A stretch of 64,000 bases of DNA from an uncultured Gemmatimonadales bacterium. GTDB taxonomy: Bacteria > Gemmatimonadota > Gemmatimonadetes > Gemmatimonadales > GWC2-71-9. The stretch lies in assembly GCA_963795085.1 (NCBI GenBank), contig CAWCFX010000006.1, forward strand, positions 768,001-832,000. Direction: 5' to 3'. The position numbers and the translations under genes were made by a program. The notes below the pieces were generated by a model. That model saw only the letters and a program-made list of their open reading frames with translations, had not been told where the DNA came from and made no database searches. Shown here piece after piece: positions 19,127 through 28,401 of this stretch (position 1 is its first letter; every line of letters begins with the position of its first letter).

Positions 19127-19795
19127 ATGACCGTTCCCAGCCGGATGTCGCTCCGTTCCATTCCGCCCGAATTGCACGCCCGGGCGCGCATTGCCTACGC
19201 CGTGGCGTGGGAAGGGGTCATTACCACGCACAGCAATCAGCTCCTGGAGTTTCTTCAGGAGTTTGGGAGCCGGGTGCCGGTGCTCGAGGCCCTGGATCTC
19301 TACTTCCGGGTGGTAGCCGTTCCCGAGCCCATGAAAGAATCGGTGCGCACCCGGGCCCTGACCGAGTTGGATCTCGATTGCCTTCCCCCGCTCCATCCCA
19401 TGCCGGTGCTGTCGCCCCTGCAGTACCTGCGGCCCGACCTGATTCTGCGGGTCCTTCGCTACCGGCGCGATTACGTCGAGACGACCCTGCACCTGGCCCG
19501 AATGGTGGGTGCCCGGGCTGCCGAGGCGGTGACCGCCACCCACGTCAGTCATGCCACGGAGTTTGCCCGCCTGGTAGGCCGAGTCATCCCGGTGGACAAG
19601 GCGGTGGCGCACTACGTCTTTGTCTTCGCGCTTTCGCAGGCGATGGCCCAGACCGTCTTCCAGCGGGTGCAGGCCACCCTTGCCGGGGAGCAGTTGGCCC
19701 GGGCTTATGGCCAGTCACCCTATCCTCCCGACTTGACCGAGCCGGCCCGGGCCCGGGCCAGCCAGGAACTGGAAGTCGAGATCGAACATACGTGA
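19127..19795 (+). CDS. Hypothetical helical protein
   Basis: 222-aa ORF with protein-like composition; no family recognised. Confidence 0.65.
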   Translation: MTVPSRMSLRSIPPELHARARIAYAVAWEGVITTHSNQLLEFLQEFGSRVPVLEALDLYFRVVAVPEPMKESVRTRALTELDLDCLPPLHPMPVLSPLQYLRPDLILRVLRYRRDYVETTLHLARMVGARAAEAVTATHVSHATEFARLVGRVIPVDKAVAHYVFVFALSQAMAQTVFQRVQATLAGEQLARAYGQSPYPPDLTEPARARASQELEVEIEHT

Positions 19796-20036
19796 ACACC
19801 GGCCGGGTGCCGTCACCCGACCGGTGAGAATTGATGGAGGTGGCGCCCGGCGCCGAATCCACTCCCCCTGCCGCCTGTTCCTGCCACCCCACACGAATAA
19901 CCGGAAGGCTCTCCCCCGGCGGGCGCGGTGCGCCCGGCTGTGCCGGGTTCTCGCAGCCGATTATCTTCCGGCCCCACAGCCGTGGGCGGGATCGGGTGAA
20001 CGCGGTTTGTCTCTCTGCAGTGAAACGAATCAGATT

Positions 20037-20594
20037 ATGAAAGCAACCGACATTCGCAAGGGCCATGTCCTGATGTTCGAAGGCAAGCCCTGCCGGGTCA
20101 TGGAATTCACCCACCGGACGCCGGGCAACCTGCGCGCCTTCGTCCAGGCCCGGATGCGAAACCTGGTAAGCGGGTCCACTTTCGATCACCGGTTCAGCGC
20201 GACCGACTTCGTGGAGACCGCCCGCCTCGACACCAAGCCGCTCCAGGTGCTCTACCGCGACGCCAACGGCCTGCATGTCATGGATACCGACACGTACGAC
20301 CAGTACACCCTGGACGCGGAGACTATCGGCGAGCAGGCCGACTGGCTGGCGCCGGAGATGACCTTCACCGCCGAGTGGCTGGAAGGCCGGCCGATCGCCA
20401 TAGATCTCCCGACCGTGGTTGAACTGGAAGTCGTGGAGACCTCGCCGGTGATGAAGACCGCGACCAAGACCGCCAGCACCAAGCCGGCCAAGCTCTCCAA
20501 TGGCATCACGATCCAGGTCCCCGAGTTCATCCAGGAAGGGGAACGGGTTCGCGTCAATCCAGCGGAAGGCGTGTACCTCGAGCGGGCGAAGTAA
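20037..20594 (+). CDS. efp: Translation elongation factor P (loop HRTPGNLR)
   Basis: MKATDIRKG, TPGN loop, YDQ, KPAKLSNG..VPEFIQEGE..Y.ERA. Confidence 0.95.
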   Translation: MKATDIRKGHVLMFEGKPCRVMEFTHRTPGNLRAFVQARMRNLVSGSTFDHRFSATDFVETARLDTKPLQVLYRDANGLHVMDTDTYDQYTLDAETIGEQADWLAPEMTFTAEWLEGRPIAIDLPTVVELEVVETSPVMKTATKTASTKPAKLSNGITIQVPEFIQEGERVRVNPAEGVYLERAK

Positions 20595-20600
20595 CCGGCC

Positions 20601-21176
20601 CTACTTCTTCCGCCGGTAGGTGATCTCCATGATACGGGTCTGGCCGGCGGCCTGGGGATCGTGCATCTCGAAGACGTGGGTGTCCGGCCCCTCGACCCGC
20701 AGCACGTACTTCACCGGCTTGCCTGTCTCCCCCGTCATCGGGTCATCTATCCGGCCGTGGTAGGTCAGTACCCGGCCGGTCTCATCCAGGCTGCCCTCCA
20801 TGGTGGAGATGGCAGTGCTCATGTTGTCTATCCAGATCGCAACGTACTTCTTCTTCATGTTATCATAGCCGGAAATGCCGCGGCCATGGAGCGGCATCCC
20901 CATCATTGATCCGGTGGTGACATCCTCCAGGTAGCGCCCCTCCAGTATCCAGCGGACCTCGGCAGTGCCGTTCGATTCGGCGGGCGGCGCGCCGGGCTCC
21001 ATCCAGACGCGGGTCGTGAGGTCCCAGGTTCCCACGAAGGTGTCCAGGAACTTGTGGGCTGCGCCCGGGGTGGCGGCCGCCATCATCCGCTGCATCGGGT
21101 CGCCGTCGGCCTGGGCGTGAATTGGGGGAGCGGATAGCAGCAGCGCAGCCGCGCTGGCCAGGAGAATACGTTTCAT
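20601..21176 (-). CDS. DUF1579 family secreted protein
   Basis: Signal peptide MKRILLASAAA; PGAAH, VGTW, GYDN..KKYV..WIDNMST, MEITY. Confidence 0.85.
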   Translation of the reverse strand: MKRILLASAAALLLSAPPIHAQADGDPMQRMMAAATPGAAHKFLDTFVGTWDLTTRVWMEPGAPPAESNGTAEVRWILEGRYLEDVTTGSMMGMPLHGRGISGYDNMKKKYVAIWIDNMSTAISTMEGSLDETGRVLTYHGRIDDPMTGETGKPVKYVLRVEGPDTHVFEMHDPQAAGQTRIMEITYRRKK

Positions 21177-21189
21177 GGGCGTGCTCCGG

Positions 21190-22434
21190 TCAGGGGTCAA
21201 TGCAGGCCAGTCGGGCCTCCAGGAACTGCCGCTCGGCGGGCAGGGAAACCAGCGCGAGGGATGCGAGATAGGCATCCCGGGCCTCGGCCCGGCGCCCCAG
21301 CCTCGCCAGCAGGTCCGCCCGGGCGGCGGGCAGCAGGTGGTACCCGGCGAGGGAGCCCCTCGCGGCCAGCGCATCCAGCAATTGGAGGCCTTTCCCGGGT
21401 CCATCCACCATAGCCAGGGCGACCGCATGATTCAACTCTACTACCGGCGACCCGGTCTTCCGCAGCAGCAAGGCGTAGAGGGCCGCGATCTGCCTCCAGT
21501 CGGTGGCTTCCGGACCGGGCGCCTGGCAGTGCAGCGCCGCAATGGCCGCCTGCAGTGCGTAGGGGCCCGCCTCGCCGTTCCGGAGGACTCTCTCGACCAG
21601 CTCCACGCCTTCGCGAATCTGGTCCCGGTTCCACTTGTTGCGGTCCTGCTGGTCCAGCAGGATCAGTTCCCCGGCGGGGGATACGCGGGCCGGCCGGCGG
21701 GCATCGTGCAGCAGCATCAGGGCAAGCAGCGCCTCCGCTTCGCGCTGGTCCGGCATCAGTTCGCGGAGCAGGCGAGCCAGCCTGATGGCCTCCGCGGCGA
21801 GGTCGTTGCGGAGCGGCTCGCCGGACGTCGGCGCATAGCCCTCGTTGAACACCAGGTAGATCACGGTCAGCACACCCTCCAGGCGATCTGCCAGCAGGGC
21901 GGGCGGCGGGACCTCGTAGGGGATGCCGGCGTCCCTGATCTTGGCCTTGGCGCGCACCAGCCGCTGAGCCATCGCGGGGACGGAGACAAGAAAGGCGCGG
22001 GCGATCTCTTCGGTGCTGAGTCCGCAGATGGTGCGGAGGGTCAACGGGACCCGCACGTCGGCAGGCAGGGCGGGGTGGCAGCAGGTAAAGACCAGGCGAA
22101 GTCGGTCGTCAGGATACTCGTCCGTCTCCGGTTCGCTCGAGACGGCGGGAAGATCAGCCTCCCCCCGCCTCTGTTCGGGCAGCCGGGCCCGGCGCAGGCG
22201 GTCAATGGCCTTGAAGCGGCCGGCACTCACCAGCCAGGCCCGCGGATTGTGGGGAAGCCCCTGGAAAGGCCACTGTTCGACCGCGGCGGCAAAGGCATCC
22301 TGCATCGCTTCCTCCGCCAGGTCGAAATCGCGAAGGAGCCGGACCAGGGTCGCCAGCACCCGGCCCGACTCCTCCCGGAAGATCCGTCCGATCCGGTCGG
22401 TCACCGGCGTCCCGCCCGGGAGCCCGCCGCTCAC
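21190..22434 (-). CDS. ECF42-group sigma factor (DUF6596/TPR extension)
   Basis: [61 protein letters not shown]. Start at 22434 or 22404. Confidence 0.9.
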   Translation of the reverse strand: MSGGLPGGTPVTDRIGRIFREESGRVLATLVRLLRDFDLAEEAMQDAFAAAVEQWPFQGLPHNPRAWLVSAGRFKAIDRLRRARLPEQRRGEADLPAVSSEPETDEYPDDRLRLVFTCCHPALPADVRVPLTLRTICGLSTEEIARAFLVSVPAMAQRLVRAKAKIRDAGIPYEVPPPALLADRLEGVLTVIYLVFNEGYAPTSGEPLRNDLAAEAIRLARLLRELMPDQREAEALLALMLLHDARRPARVSPAGELILLDQQDRNKWNRDQIREGVELVERVLRNGEAGPYALQAAIAALHCQAPGPEATDWRQIAALYALLLRKTGSPVVELNHAVALAMVDGPGKGLQLLDALAARGSLAGYHLLPAARADLLARLGRRAEARDAYLASLALVSLPAERQFLEARLACIDP

Positions 22435-22441
22435 GAACCGG

Positions 22442-22792
22442 TCATCCCCGCTGCATGACGGGGCGGATTTCGATGGAGCCCTCCCGGGCCGAGGGTATCC
22501 GGCCCGCGATCTCGATGGCCTTGTCCAGGTTGTCGGCTTCGACCAGGTAGAACCCGCCGAGCTGTTCCCGGGTTTCGGCAAAGGGGCCATCGGTGACCTG
22601 CGCCCTGCCGTTCCGGACCCGCACCGTCGTGGCCGAGCTGACCGGCTGCAGTTCTTCGCCAGCCTTGAAGTTGCCGCTCTTGACGATTGCTTCGGTAAAG
22701 CTCCCGTACTCGGCCATGACCGCGTTGATCTGTTCAGGGGTCTTGGCCGCCCAGTCGGCTTCGTTGCTGTAGATCAAGAGTACGTATTGCAT
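22442..22792 (-). CDS. YciI/DGPF-domain protein
   Basis: [29 protein letters not shown]. Confidence 0.92.
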   Translation of the reverse strand: MQYVLLIYSNEADWAAKTPEQINAVMAEYGSFTEAIVKSGNFKAGEELQPVSSATTVRVRNGRAQVTDGPFAETREQLGGFYLVEADNLDKAIEIAGRIPSAREGSIEIRPVMQRG

Positions 22793-22836
22793 GGTGGCGA
22801 CTCCGTTTCGGGGTTGAGATGAGGGGACGCCAGCTA

Positions 22837-22863
22837 GTCGAACGGCGGCGGACGAAATCGACA
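22837..22863 (-). promoter_or_regulatory. ECF42-type promoter
   Basis: Minus strand TGTCGA-17 nt-CGAC upstream of yciI, matching the TGTCGA / CG(A/T)C motif described for ECF42. Confidence 0.75.
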
Positions 22864-22943
22864 GGATCCGGCCGGAACAAACAGACAGGCTGGCAACCGC
22901 GGTGATTGCCAGCCTGGGAGAGTCGCCCTGACCCACGGTGGCC

Positions 22944-23939
22944 TTACATCCGGGTGCGGTCGCGCCGCTCGCCGGCCCGTTCCCGGGCCCGTTCCCGGTC
23001 GATATTCCGATCCCGCAGGTCCCGCTCGCGCAGATCCCGGGTCCGGCTGGGGCTGAGCGTCCTCCGGCGGATCTCCGGCTTCCGGACGGTCCACTCGAGG
23101 TTGACCCGCTGGCGCTTGCGCATGACCTCCGCCTTCACCGCCTCCCCTTCTTCATAGGACCCGAGAATCCGGAGGGCATGGCCCACCGAGGTGGGCTTGC
23201 GGCCATTGATCGAGAGAATCACATCGCCGCTCCGGAGCGGCACGGCCGAGTCGTTGGAGGCGCGGGCGACCAGCAGGCCCTCGGTGGTGCCGAAATACTC
23301 GCCCAGGTCGGTGTTAAGGGGAACCAGCTGGAGACCGCGCTGGGCGCCCAGGAAAACCGAGAAATTTCCGGGGCCATCGAGCATGGAGAAGTCCGATTCC
23401 GGCCCATCGCCGAAGAACTCGAACGTGCCTCCCTCTCCCATCCGGGGCAGTACCATCGGCCCCTCGAAGCGGCGGAAGGTGAACTGGTCATCCATGGCGC
23501 GGGCCACGACCGTCGCCGTACGGGCGGCACCATCCCGGCGGTACTGCACCACCACACTATCTCCCTCATCAAGTTTCTGCGCCAGTTCGACCAGCCGCAG
23601 ACCGGGACCGGACCGGCCGGAATCTGCACTCTCGGTCTTCACCCCGGCCAGGCTGGTGGATCCGAACCGGGTGATGATGTCCCCGGCCTTGAGGCCGGCC
23701 GCCGCGGCCGGGCCCTCCTCGGCCACCGCGACGATCTTCGCCCCGAGACGGTCGGATTCGGCGTCGGCCTGCGTCTGCACCGTCACCCCGAGCCGGACCC
23801 GGTTACTGGTGTACATGCGGACCCGCGGACGGCTCTCCCGGACATCCCGTTCCGGCGCGGACTCGCGCTCCTGGGCGCTTCCGAACGCCGGGGCGGCGGC
23901 AGCGAACGCGATGGCGGCGATAAGGATACGGCCTTTCAT
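22944..23939 (-). CDS. Secreted tandem PDZ-domain protein (no protease domain)
   Basis: Signal peptide MKGRILIAAIAF; RLGV..GPAAAAGLKAGDIIT and LRSGDVILSING. Confidence 0.8.
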   Translation of the reverse strand: MKGRILIAAIAFAAAAPAFGSAQERESAPERDVRESRPRVRMYTSNRVRLGVTVQTQADAESDRLGAKIVAVAEEGPAAAAGLKAGDIITRFGSTSLAGVKTESADSGRSGPGLRLVELAQKLDEGDSVVVQYRRDGAARTATVVARAMDDQFTFRRFEGPMVLPRMGEGGTFEFFGDGPESDFSMLDGPGNFSVFLGAQRGLQLVPLNTDLGEYFGTTEGLLVARASNDSAVPLRSGDVILSINGRKPTSVGHALRILGSYEEGEAVKAEVMRKRQRVNLEWTVRKPEIRRRTLSPSRTRDLRERDLRDRNIDRERARERAGERRDRTRM

Positions 23940-24096
23940 GCTGAACTCCTGTAGTGGGAACGGTGTATTGGTCTGCCCGAAAAGATGCGGGGTGGAGGGG
24001 AATGGTCGCGGCCTTGTTCCCAGCCGATACGCCGCTCCCCGGCTGGCCAGGCGATATATATTCTTTCCCGATGCCCCCTCATTCCCCGGACGACCC

Positions 24097-25305
24097 ATGC
24101 ACACTCGGATGGTGCTCCTGCCGGCCGCGGCGTTACTGATGGCCATACCGGGCACCGGCCTCGCGCAGCATCCCCCCGGCTTCCCGGAGGCCTGGGCCGA
24201 GCTGCGTACCTTCTACCAGCGCACCCTCGAGACCGAGGGCATCGTGGGAAGCGGGCTGGTCCTGGTGCAGGGGGATTCGGTGCGGGGTCAGGCCCACTAC
24301 GGCCTGGCCGACATTGCCGAAGGCCGCCGGGTCGAAGGCTCCACCATTTTCCACTGGGCGTCCATCACCAAGACCTTCACCGCGATCGCCATCATGCAGT
24401 TGCGCGACCGCGGCCTCCTCGCCCTCGATGATCCCATTGTCCAGTATGTCCCCGAACTGCGCGCGGTGCACGACAGCTTCGGCAGCATCGGCGACGTAAC
24501 TATCCGGCACCTGCTGAGCCACTCCTCCGGATTTCGCAATCCGACCTGGCCCTGGGGCGGCGATAAACCCTGGCACCCCTTTGAACCGACTCAGTGGTCC
24601 CAGCTCGTCGCCATGATGCCCTACACCGAAATTCTCTTCACCCCGGGCAGCCGCTACAGCTACTCCAACCCGGGATACATCTTCCTGGGCCGAGCGATCG
24701 AAGCGCTGACCGGCGACGACTATGAGGTGTACGTCGAAAAGAACATCCTGCGGCCTCTTGGCATGGGGTCGAGCTATTTCGATCGGACCCCGTATCACCT
24801 GCTCCCTCACCGCTCCAACAACTACACGGTGCGGAACGGCGCGCCGGTGGCCAACGGACTCGACTTCGATACCGGGATCACCGTTTCCAACGGCGGACTC
24901 AACGCCTCACTGGAGGACATGACCCGGTACCTCCAGTTCCTCCTCGGCGCCCCCGGGCTTTCCGACCAGGCGACGAACGTCCTGGCCAGGACGACGCTGG
25001 ATGAGATGTGGCAGCCCCTGGTCGCCGGCGCCAGCCAGGACAGCCCCACCGGCTCCACCGGCCTCGGGTTCTTCATCATTCCGGCCCAAGGCACCGAGCT
25101 GATCGGCCACACCGGGAGCCAGGCCGCCTTCCGCTCATTCTTCTATCTCCATCCGGAGACCGGCTCCGCCATCATCGCGGTGTTCAACACGGATGCCGGA
25201 GGGAATGCCGCCCATCCCTCAGTCGAGCCACTGTTCAGCGGTCTGCTGAGCCGGTACCTTGCCTCGATCATCCCTTCGCTGACCCACCGCGAAGTTTCGC
25301 AGTAA
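24097..25305 (+). CDS. Serine hydrolase (beta-lactamase class C/AmpC-like family)
   Basis: SITK (SxxK), YSYSN, GHTG; signal peptide. Confidence 0.9.
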   Translation: MHTRMVLLPAAALLMAIPGTGLAQHPPGFPEAWAELRTFYQRTLETEGIVGSGLVLVQGDSVRGQAHYGLADIAEGRRVEGSTIFHWASITKTFTAIAIMQLRDRGLLALDDPIVQYVPELRAVHDSFGSIGDVTIRHLLSHSSGFRNPTWPWGGDKPWHPFEPTQWSQLVAMMPYTEILFTPGSRYSYSNPGYIFLGRAIEALTGDDYEVYVEKNILRPLGMGSSYFDRTPYHLLPHRSNNYTVRNGAPVANGLDFDTGITVSNGGLNASLEDMTRYLQFLLGAPGLSDQATNVLARTTLDEMWQPLVAGASQDSPTGSTGLGFFIIPAQGTELIGHTGSQAAFRSFFYLHPETGSAIIAVFNTDAGGNAAHPSVEPLFSGLLSRYLASIIPSLTHREVSQ

Positions 25306-25436
25306 CTGACCGACACGACCTGGACGCCGATCGAGCAACTCCGAACACTTCTTCCTGCCGACGGCTTCCAGTGGGAGCCACGGTCTCCTATGCTGGGTCA
25401 GCAGGGTCACGCCCGACGTTTCCAGGAGAACAGCTT

Positions 25437-26609
25437 ATGCACCGAGGCATCGTTCGCGTTGCCGTGATGGTTGTATTCGCGGGGTTCGCCGCCTCATCGG
25501 CAGGGGTGACGCAAGTCGAGGTCCTGGCCAGTCCAACCGGGCAGCGCGCCGTAGGGTATTGGCGCACGACGCTGGAAACCGATCGGCCGGACGACAGGGC
25601 ACCGGTCTCCAGCCCTGGCCGGCGAAGGCTCCTGATCGAGGTCTGGTACCCGGCCCCAGGCGAGCGTTCGACCGCCAGGGCCAGGCGGTACACCTCTCCA
25701 GCGATCGAGAGCACCCTCGTCGCGCAACTGGGGCTCACACCGGGTTGGGCCGGCCGGGTCGCGACTCATGCCGTAGAGAATGCAGCAGCGTCACCGGGGC
25801 CCCATCCGGTTGTGATTTTTTCACACGGGCTATCGTGGCCGGTCTCGCTCTATCAGAGCTTTACGGAGGAGCTGGCAAGCCATGGCTACGTCGTCATCGG
25901 TATCAATCATCCCCACGGTACCGTCATCGACTTCGGAAGCGGCCTGGTTGTCCCCGTCGCCGAGTTACCCGAGTTCCCCGACGATTCTACCGGGCACGCG
26001 TTTCTCGCCAGGCTGACCGGCGTGTGGAAGGAGGACATTCGCACGGTGATTGAACAGCTGCCCCGCTGGAATGCGGAGGGGCCGGCTCCACTTTCAGGAG
26101 GACTGGATACATCCCGGCTCGCCTTAGTCGGTCACTCCCTCGGCGGTAGCGCCGCAGCGCTCTTGTCCGACGACCCCAGGGTGAAAGCGGTGGTGGCGCT
26201 CGAAGGCAAGTTCCGAGGCGAGTCGGCCGCCAGCCTGACGGTCCAGGCTCCCTTTCTGCACCTGATCGGCGAGTATAACCGCACGGAACTGGAGAACCGA
26301 AACTACCGTCCATCCGACCGTGCGCCGGTATACCAGGCGGTGATCGCCGGGACCGGTCATGCCAGTTTTTCGGACCTGATCGCCATCTACAAAACCACGG
26401 CCCCGCCCGATTGGCTGGTGCGTCATCGATACGAGCTCGAACCCGGTCGGATCATACAGATTACCCGCGATTATGTGAGAGCCTTCCTGGGGCGGTACCT
26501 GCTTGATACCGACAATTCACTCCTCCATCCCACCGGCTACGCAGCCCGGGTGGATGGCCCTCGTTCGGCCGGCTATGCCGAGGTCCGCCTCAGCATCGAC
26601 GCCCATTAG
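25437..26609 (+). CDS. Secreted alpha/beta hydrolase (PAF-acetylhydrolase-like)
   Basis: VWYPA, PVVIFSHG, LASHGYVV, GHSLGG, HASFSD. Confidence 0.85.
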   Translation: MHRGIVRVAVMVVFAGFAASSAGVTQVEVLASPTGQRAVGYWRTTLETDRPDDRAPVSSPGRRRLLIEVWYPAPGERSTARARRYTSPAIESTLVAQLGLTPGWAGRVATHAVENAAASPGPHPVVIFSHGLSWPVSLYQSFTEELASHGYVVIGINHPHGTVIDFGSGLVVPVAELPEFPDDSTGHAFLARLTGVWKEDIRTVIEQLPRWNAEGPAPLSGGLDTSRLALVGHSLGGSAAALLSDDPRVKAVVALEGKFRGESAASLTVQAPFLHLIGEYNRTELENRNYRPSDRAPVYQAVIAGTGHASFSDLIAIYKTTAPPDWLVRHRYELEPGRIIQITRDYVRAFLGRYLLDTDNSLLHPTGYAARVDGPRSAGYAEVRLSIDAH

Positions 26610-26650
26610 GGAGTATATGGTGAGACGGACAAGCGGACGACCGTTCGCCT

Positions 26651-28054
26651 CTACACCTTTTTGACTTTCCACTTGCCCAGCCGGAACATCCAGGCACTCG
26701 CCACGGTCAGCGAGATCTCCGCGATCGGAATGGACAGGTAGACCCCCAGCGGTCCCCACGGCCGGGAGAGAAACCAGGCCAGCGGAATCTCCAGCATCCA
26801 GAAGAACGCCACGTTGAGCCAGGTTGGCGTCCAGGTGTCGCCCGCCCCGTTGAATGACTGGTGCAATACCATCCCGTAGCCATAGAACACCAGGCCCAGC
26901 GCCATGATCCGGAGCGACAGGACGGCGTGGTGAGCCACTTCAGGATCGGTGGTGAAGGCGGACACCAGGCCCGGCGCGAAGGCCAGGGAAATCGCACTCA
27001 CCAGCGCCATCCACACGCTGTTGTAGATTCCCGCCAGCCGCACCGACCCCGCAGCCCGGTCCGGCTGATCCGCGCCAAGGGACTGGCCGACCATGGTCGC
27101 GGCCGCATTGGCGAGGCCCCAGGACGGCAGCATCACGAAGATCATCATCCGGATCGCGATGGTATAGCCGGCCAGCACGCTGCTCCCGAAGGTGGAGAGG
27201 ACCCGCACCAGCCCGATGTAGCTCGAGGTGGCCACAAACACCTGGAAGGTGCCGGTCGCCGAGAGCCGCACCAGCGACCGGAGCGCGGCGGGCACCACCC
27301 GCAGGTGCCGCCGGCGGATCAGCACCCGGCCGTCCCGCCGCATCAGCTGGCTCACCTGGTACAATACGCCGATCCCGCGCCCCACCGTGGTCGCCACCGC
27401 CGCCCCGGTTACCCCCATTTCGGGAAACGGTCCCCAGCCAAAGATGAGACAGGGGTCCAGCACGATGTTGATCCCATTGGCCAGCCAGAGGGACCGCATC
27501 GCGATGGTGGCATCCCCGGCGCCGCGGAAGACGGCGTTGATCAGCCAGATGAGCAGGACCGTGCCGCTCCCCGCCAGCATCATCCGGGTATAGCCGGCGC
27601 CACCGGCCTGCACCGAATCGCTGGCCCCCATCAGGGCCAGGAGGTCGGGGGCGTAAATAATGCCCACCACTCCGATGGCCAGCGCCGCGATGATCCCCAG
27701 CACGATCCCCTGGACCGCCGACTCCGCGGCGCCTTCCGGATCCTTCTCGCCAGTGCGCCGGGCTACCACCGCCGTCACCCCGATGGACAGGCCGATGGCC
27801 AGGGTGTACACCAGGGTCATCATGGACTCGGTGAGCCCCACGGTAGCCACGGCGTCCGATCCCAGCCGGGAGACGAAGAACACGTCCACCAGCGCGAAGA
27901 GGGACTCCATCGCGGTCTCCAGCACCATGGGCACGGCCAGCAGCACCAACGACCGGGATATGGTACCGCTGGTGTAATCCTGTTGAGTCCCCCGCAGCGC
28001 CTCCCGGACCAGGCTCCACCAGCCTTGCTTCGCCGTTGTCTCCATTGAAGTCAT
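26651..28054 (-). CDS. MATE family efflux transporter
   Basis: LAVPMVLE, VDVFFVSRLG, NAVFRGAGD, NIVLDP, GVTGAAVAT; about 12 TM segments. Start at 28054 or 28045. Confidence 0.95.
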   Translation of the reverse strand: MTSMETTAKQGWWSLVREALRGTQQDYTSGTISRSLVLLAVPMVLETAMESLFALVDVFFVSRLGSDAVATVGLTESMMTLVYTLAIGLSIGVTAVVARRTGEKDPEGAAESAVQGIVLGIIAALAIGVVGIIYAPDLLALMGASDSVQAGGAGYTRMMLAGSGTVLLIWLINAVFRGAGDATIAMRSLWLANGINIVLDPCLIFGWGPFPEMGVTGAAVATTVGRGIGVLYQVSQLMRRDGRVLIRRRHLRVVPAALRSLVRLSATGTFQVFVATSSYIGLVRVLSTFGSSVLAGYTIAIRMMIFVMLPSWGLANAAATMVGQSLGADQPDRAAGSVRLAGIYNSVWMALVSAISLAFAPGLVSAFTTDPEVAHHAVLSLRIMALGLVFYGYGMVLHQSFNGAGDTWTPTWLNVAFFWMLEIPLAWFLSRPWGPLGVYLSIPIAEISLTVASAWMFRLGKWKVKKV

Positions 28055-28092
28055 TGAAATGCCAGGTGCTCAAGGTTACGCCTGGGGGGCGT

Positions 28093-28124
28093 GAAAAAGC
28101 CCACCAGCCAGTTGGCGGTGGGCT
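28093..28124 (-). terminator. Intrinsic terminator inside the MATE leader (attenuator)
   Basis: Minus strand AGCCCACC-GCCAACTGGCT-GGTGGGCT followed by TTTTC, about 40 nt before the MATE start. Confidence 0.8.
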
Positions 28125-28147
28125 CGCGATCCTGCGTTGGTGCGGGA

Positions 28148-28300
28148 TCAGCCGATACTCGACCCGTGGTCGAGCCCACCTGAGCGAACGATCAGGTCCG
28201 GGACGAGGTCCCCGCGTCCCGCAAGGCTCGCGAGCGCGGCGCTGTCCAGATCCGGGGTGAATTCGTTCAGGCGCATCGGCGTTTCCAGGCCAGGGTCCAT
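28148..28300 (-). CDS. Putative 50-aa leader peptide of the MATE gene
   Basis: Manual translation MDPGLETPMRLNEFTPDLDSAALASLAGRGDLVPDLIVRSGGLDHGSSIG*, lying between the promoter and the terminator. Confidence 0.45.
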   Translation of the reverse strand: MDPGLETPMRLNEFTPDLDSAALASLAGRGDLVPDLIVRSGGLDHGSSIG

Positions 28301-28312
28301 TTCCGAGGACAC

Positions 28313-28358
28313 ACAGTACCAACGCCCGGCGGACTTGTCAACGAGGGGTCCTTGACAA
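28313..28358. promoter_or_regulatory. Back-to-back -35 boxes; near-consensus sigma70 promoter for the MATE leader
   Basis: Minus strand TTGACA-17 nt-TACTGT (28341-28313); plus strand TTGACA at 28352; palindrome TTGTCAA-N10-TTGACAA. Confidence 0.7.
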
Positions 28359-28401
28359 AGCCGGTCCCGGGCGGAGACTTGGGGGAGTCCCCATCAACTC
28401 C

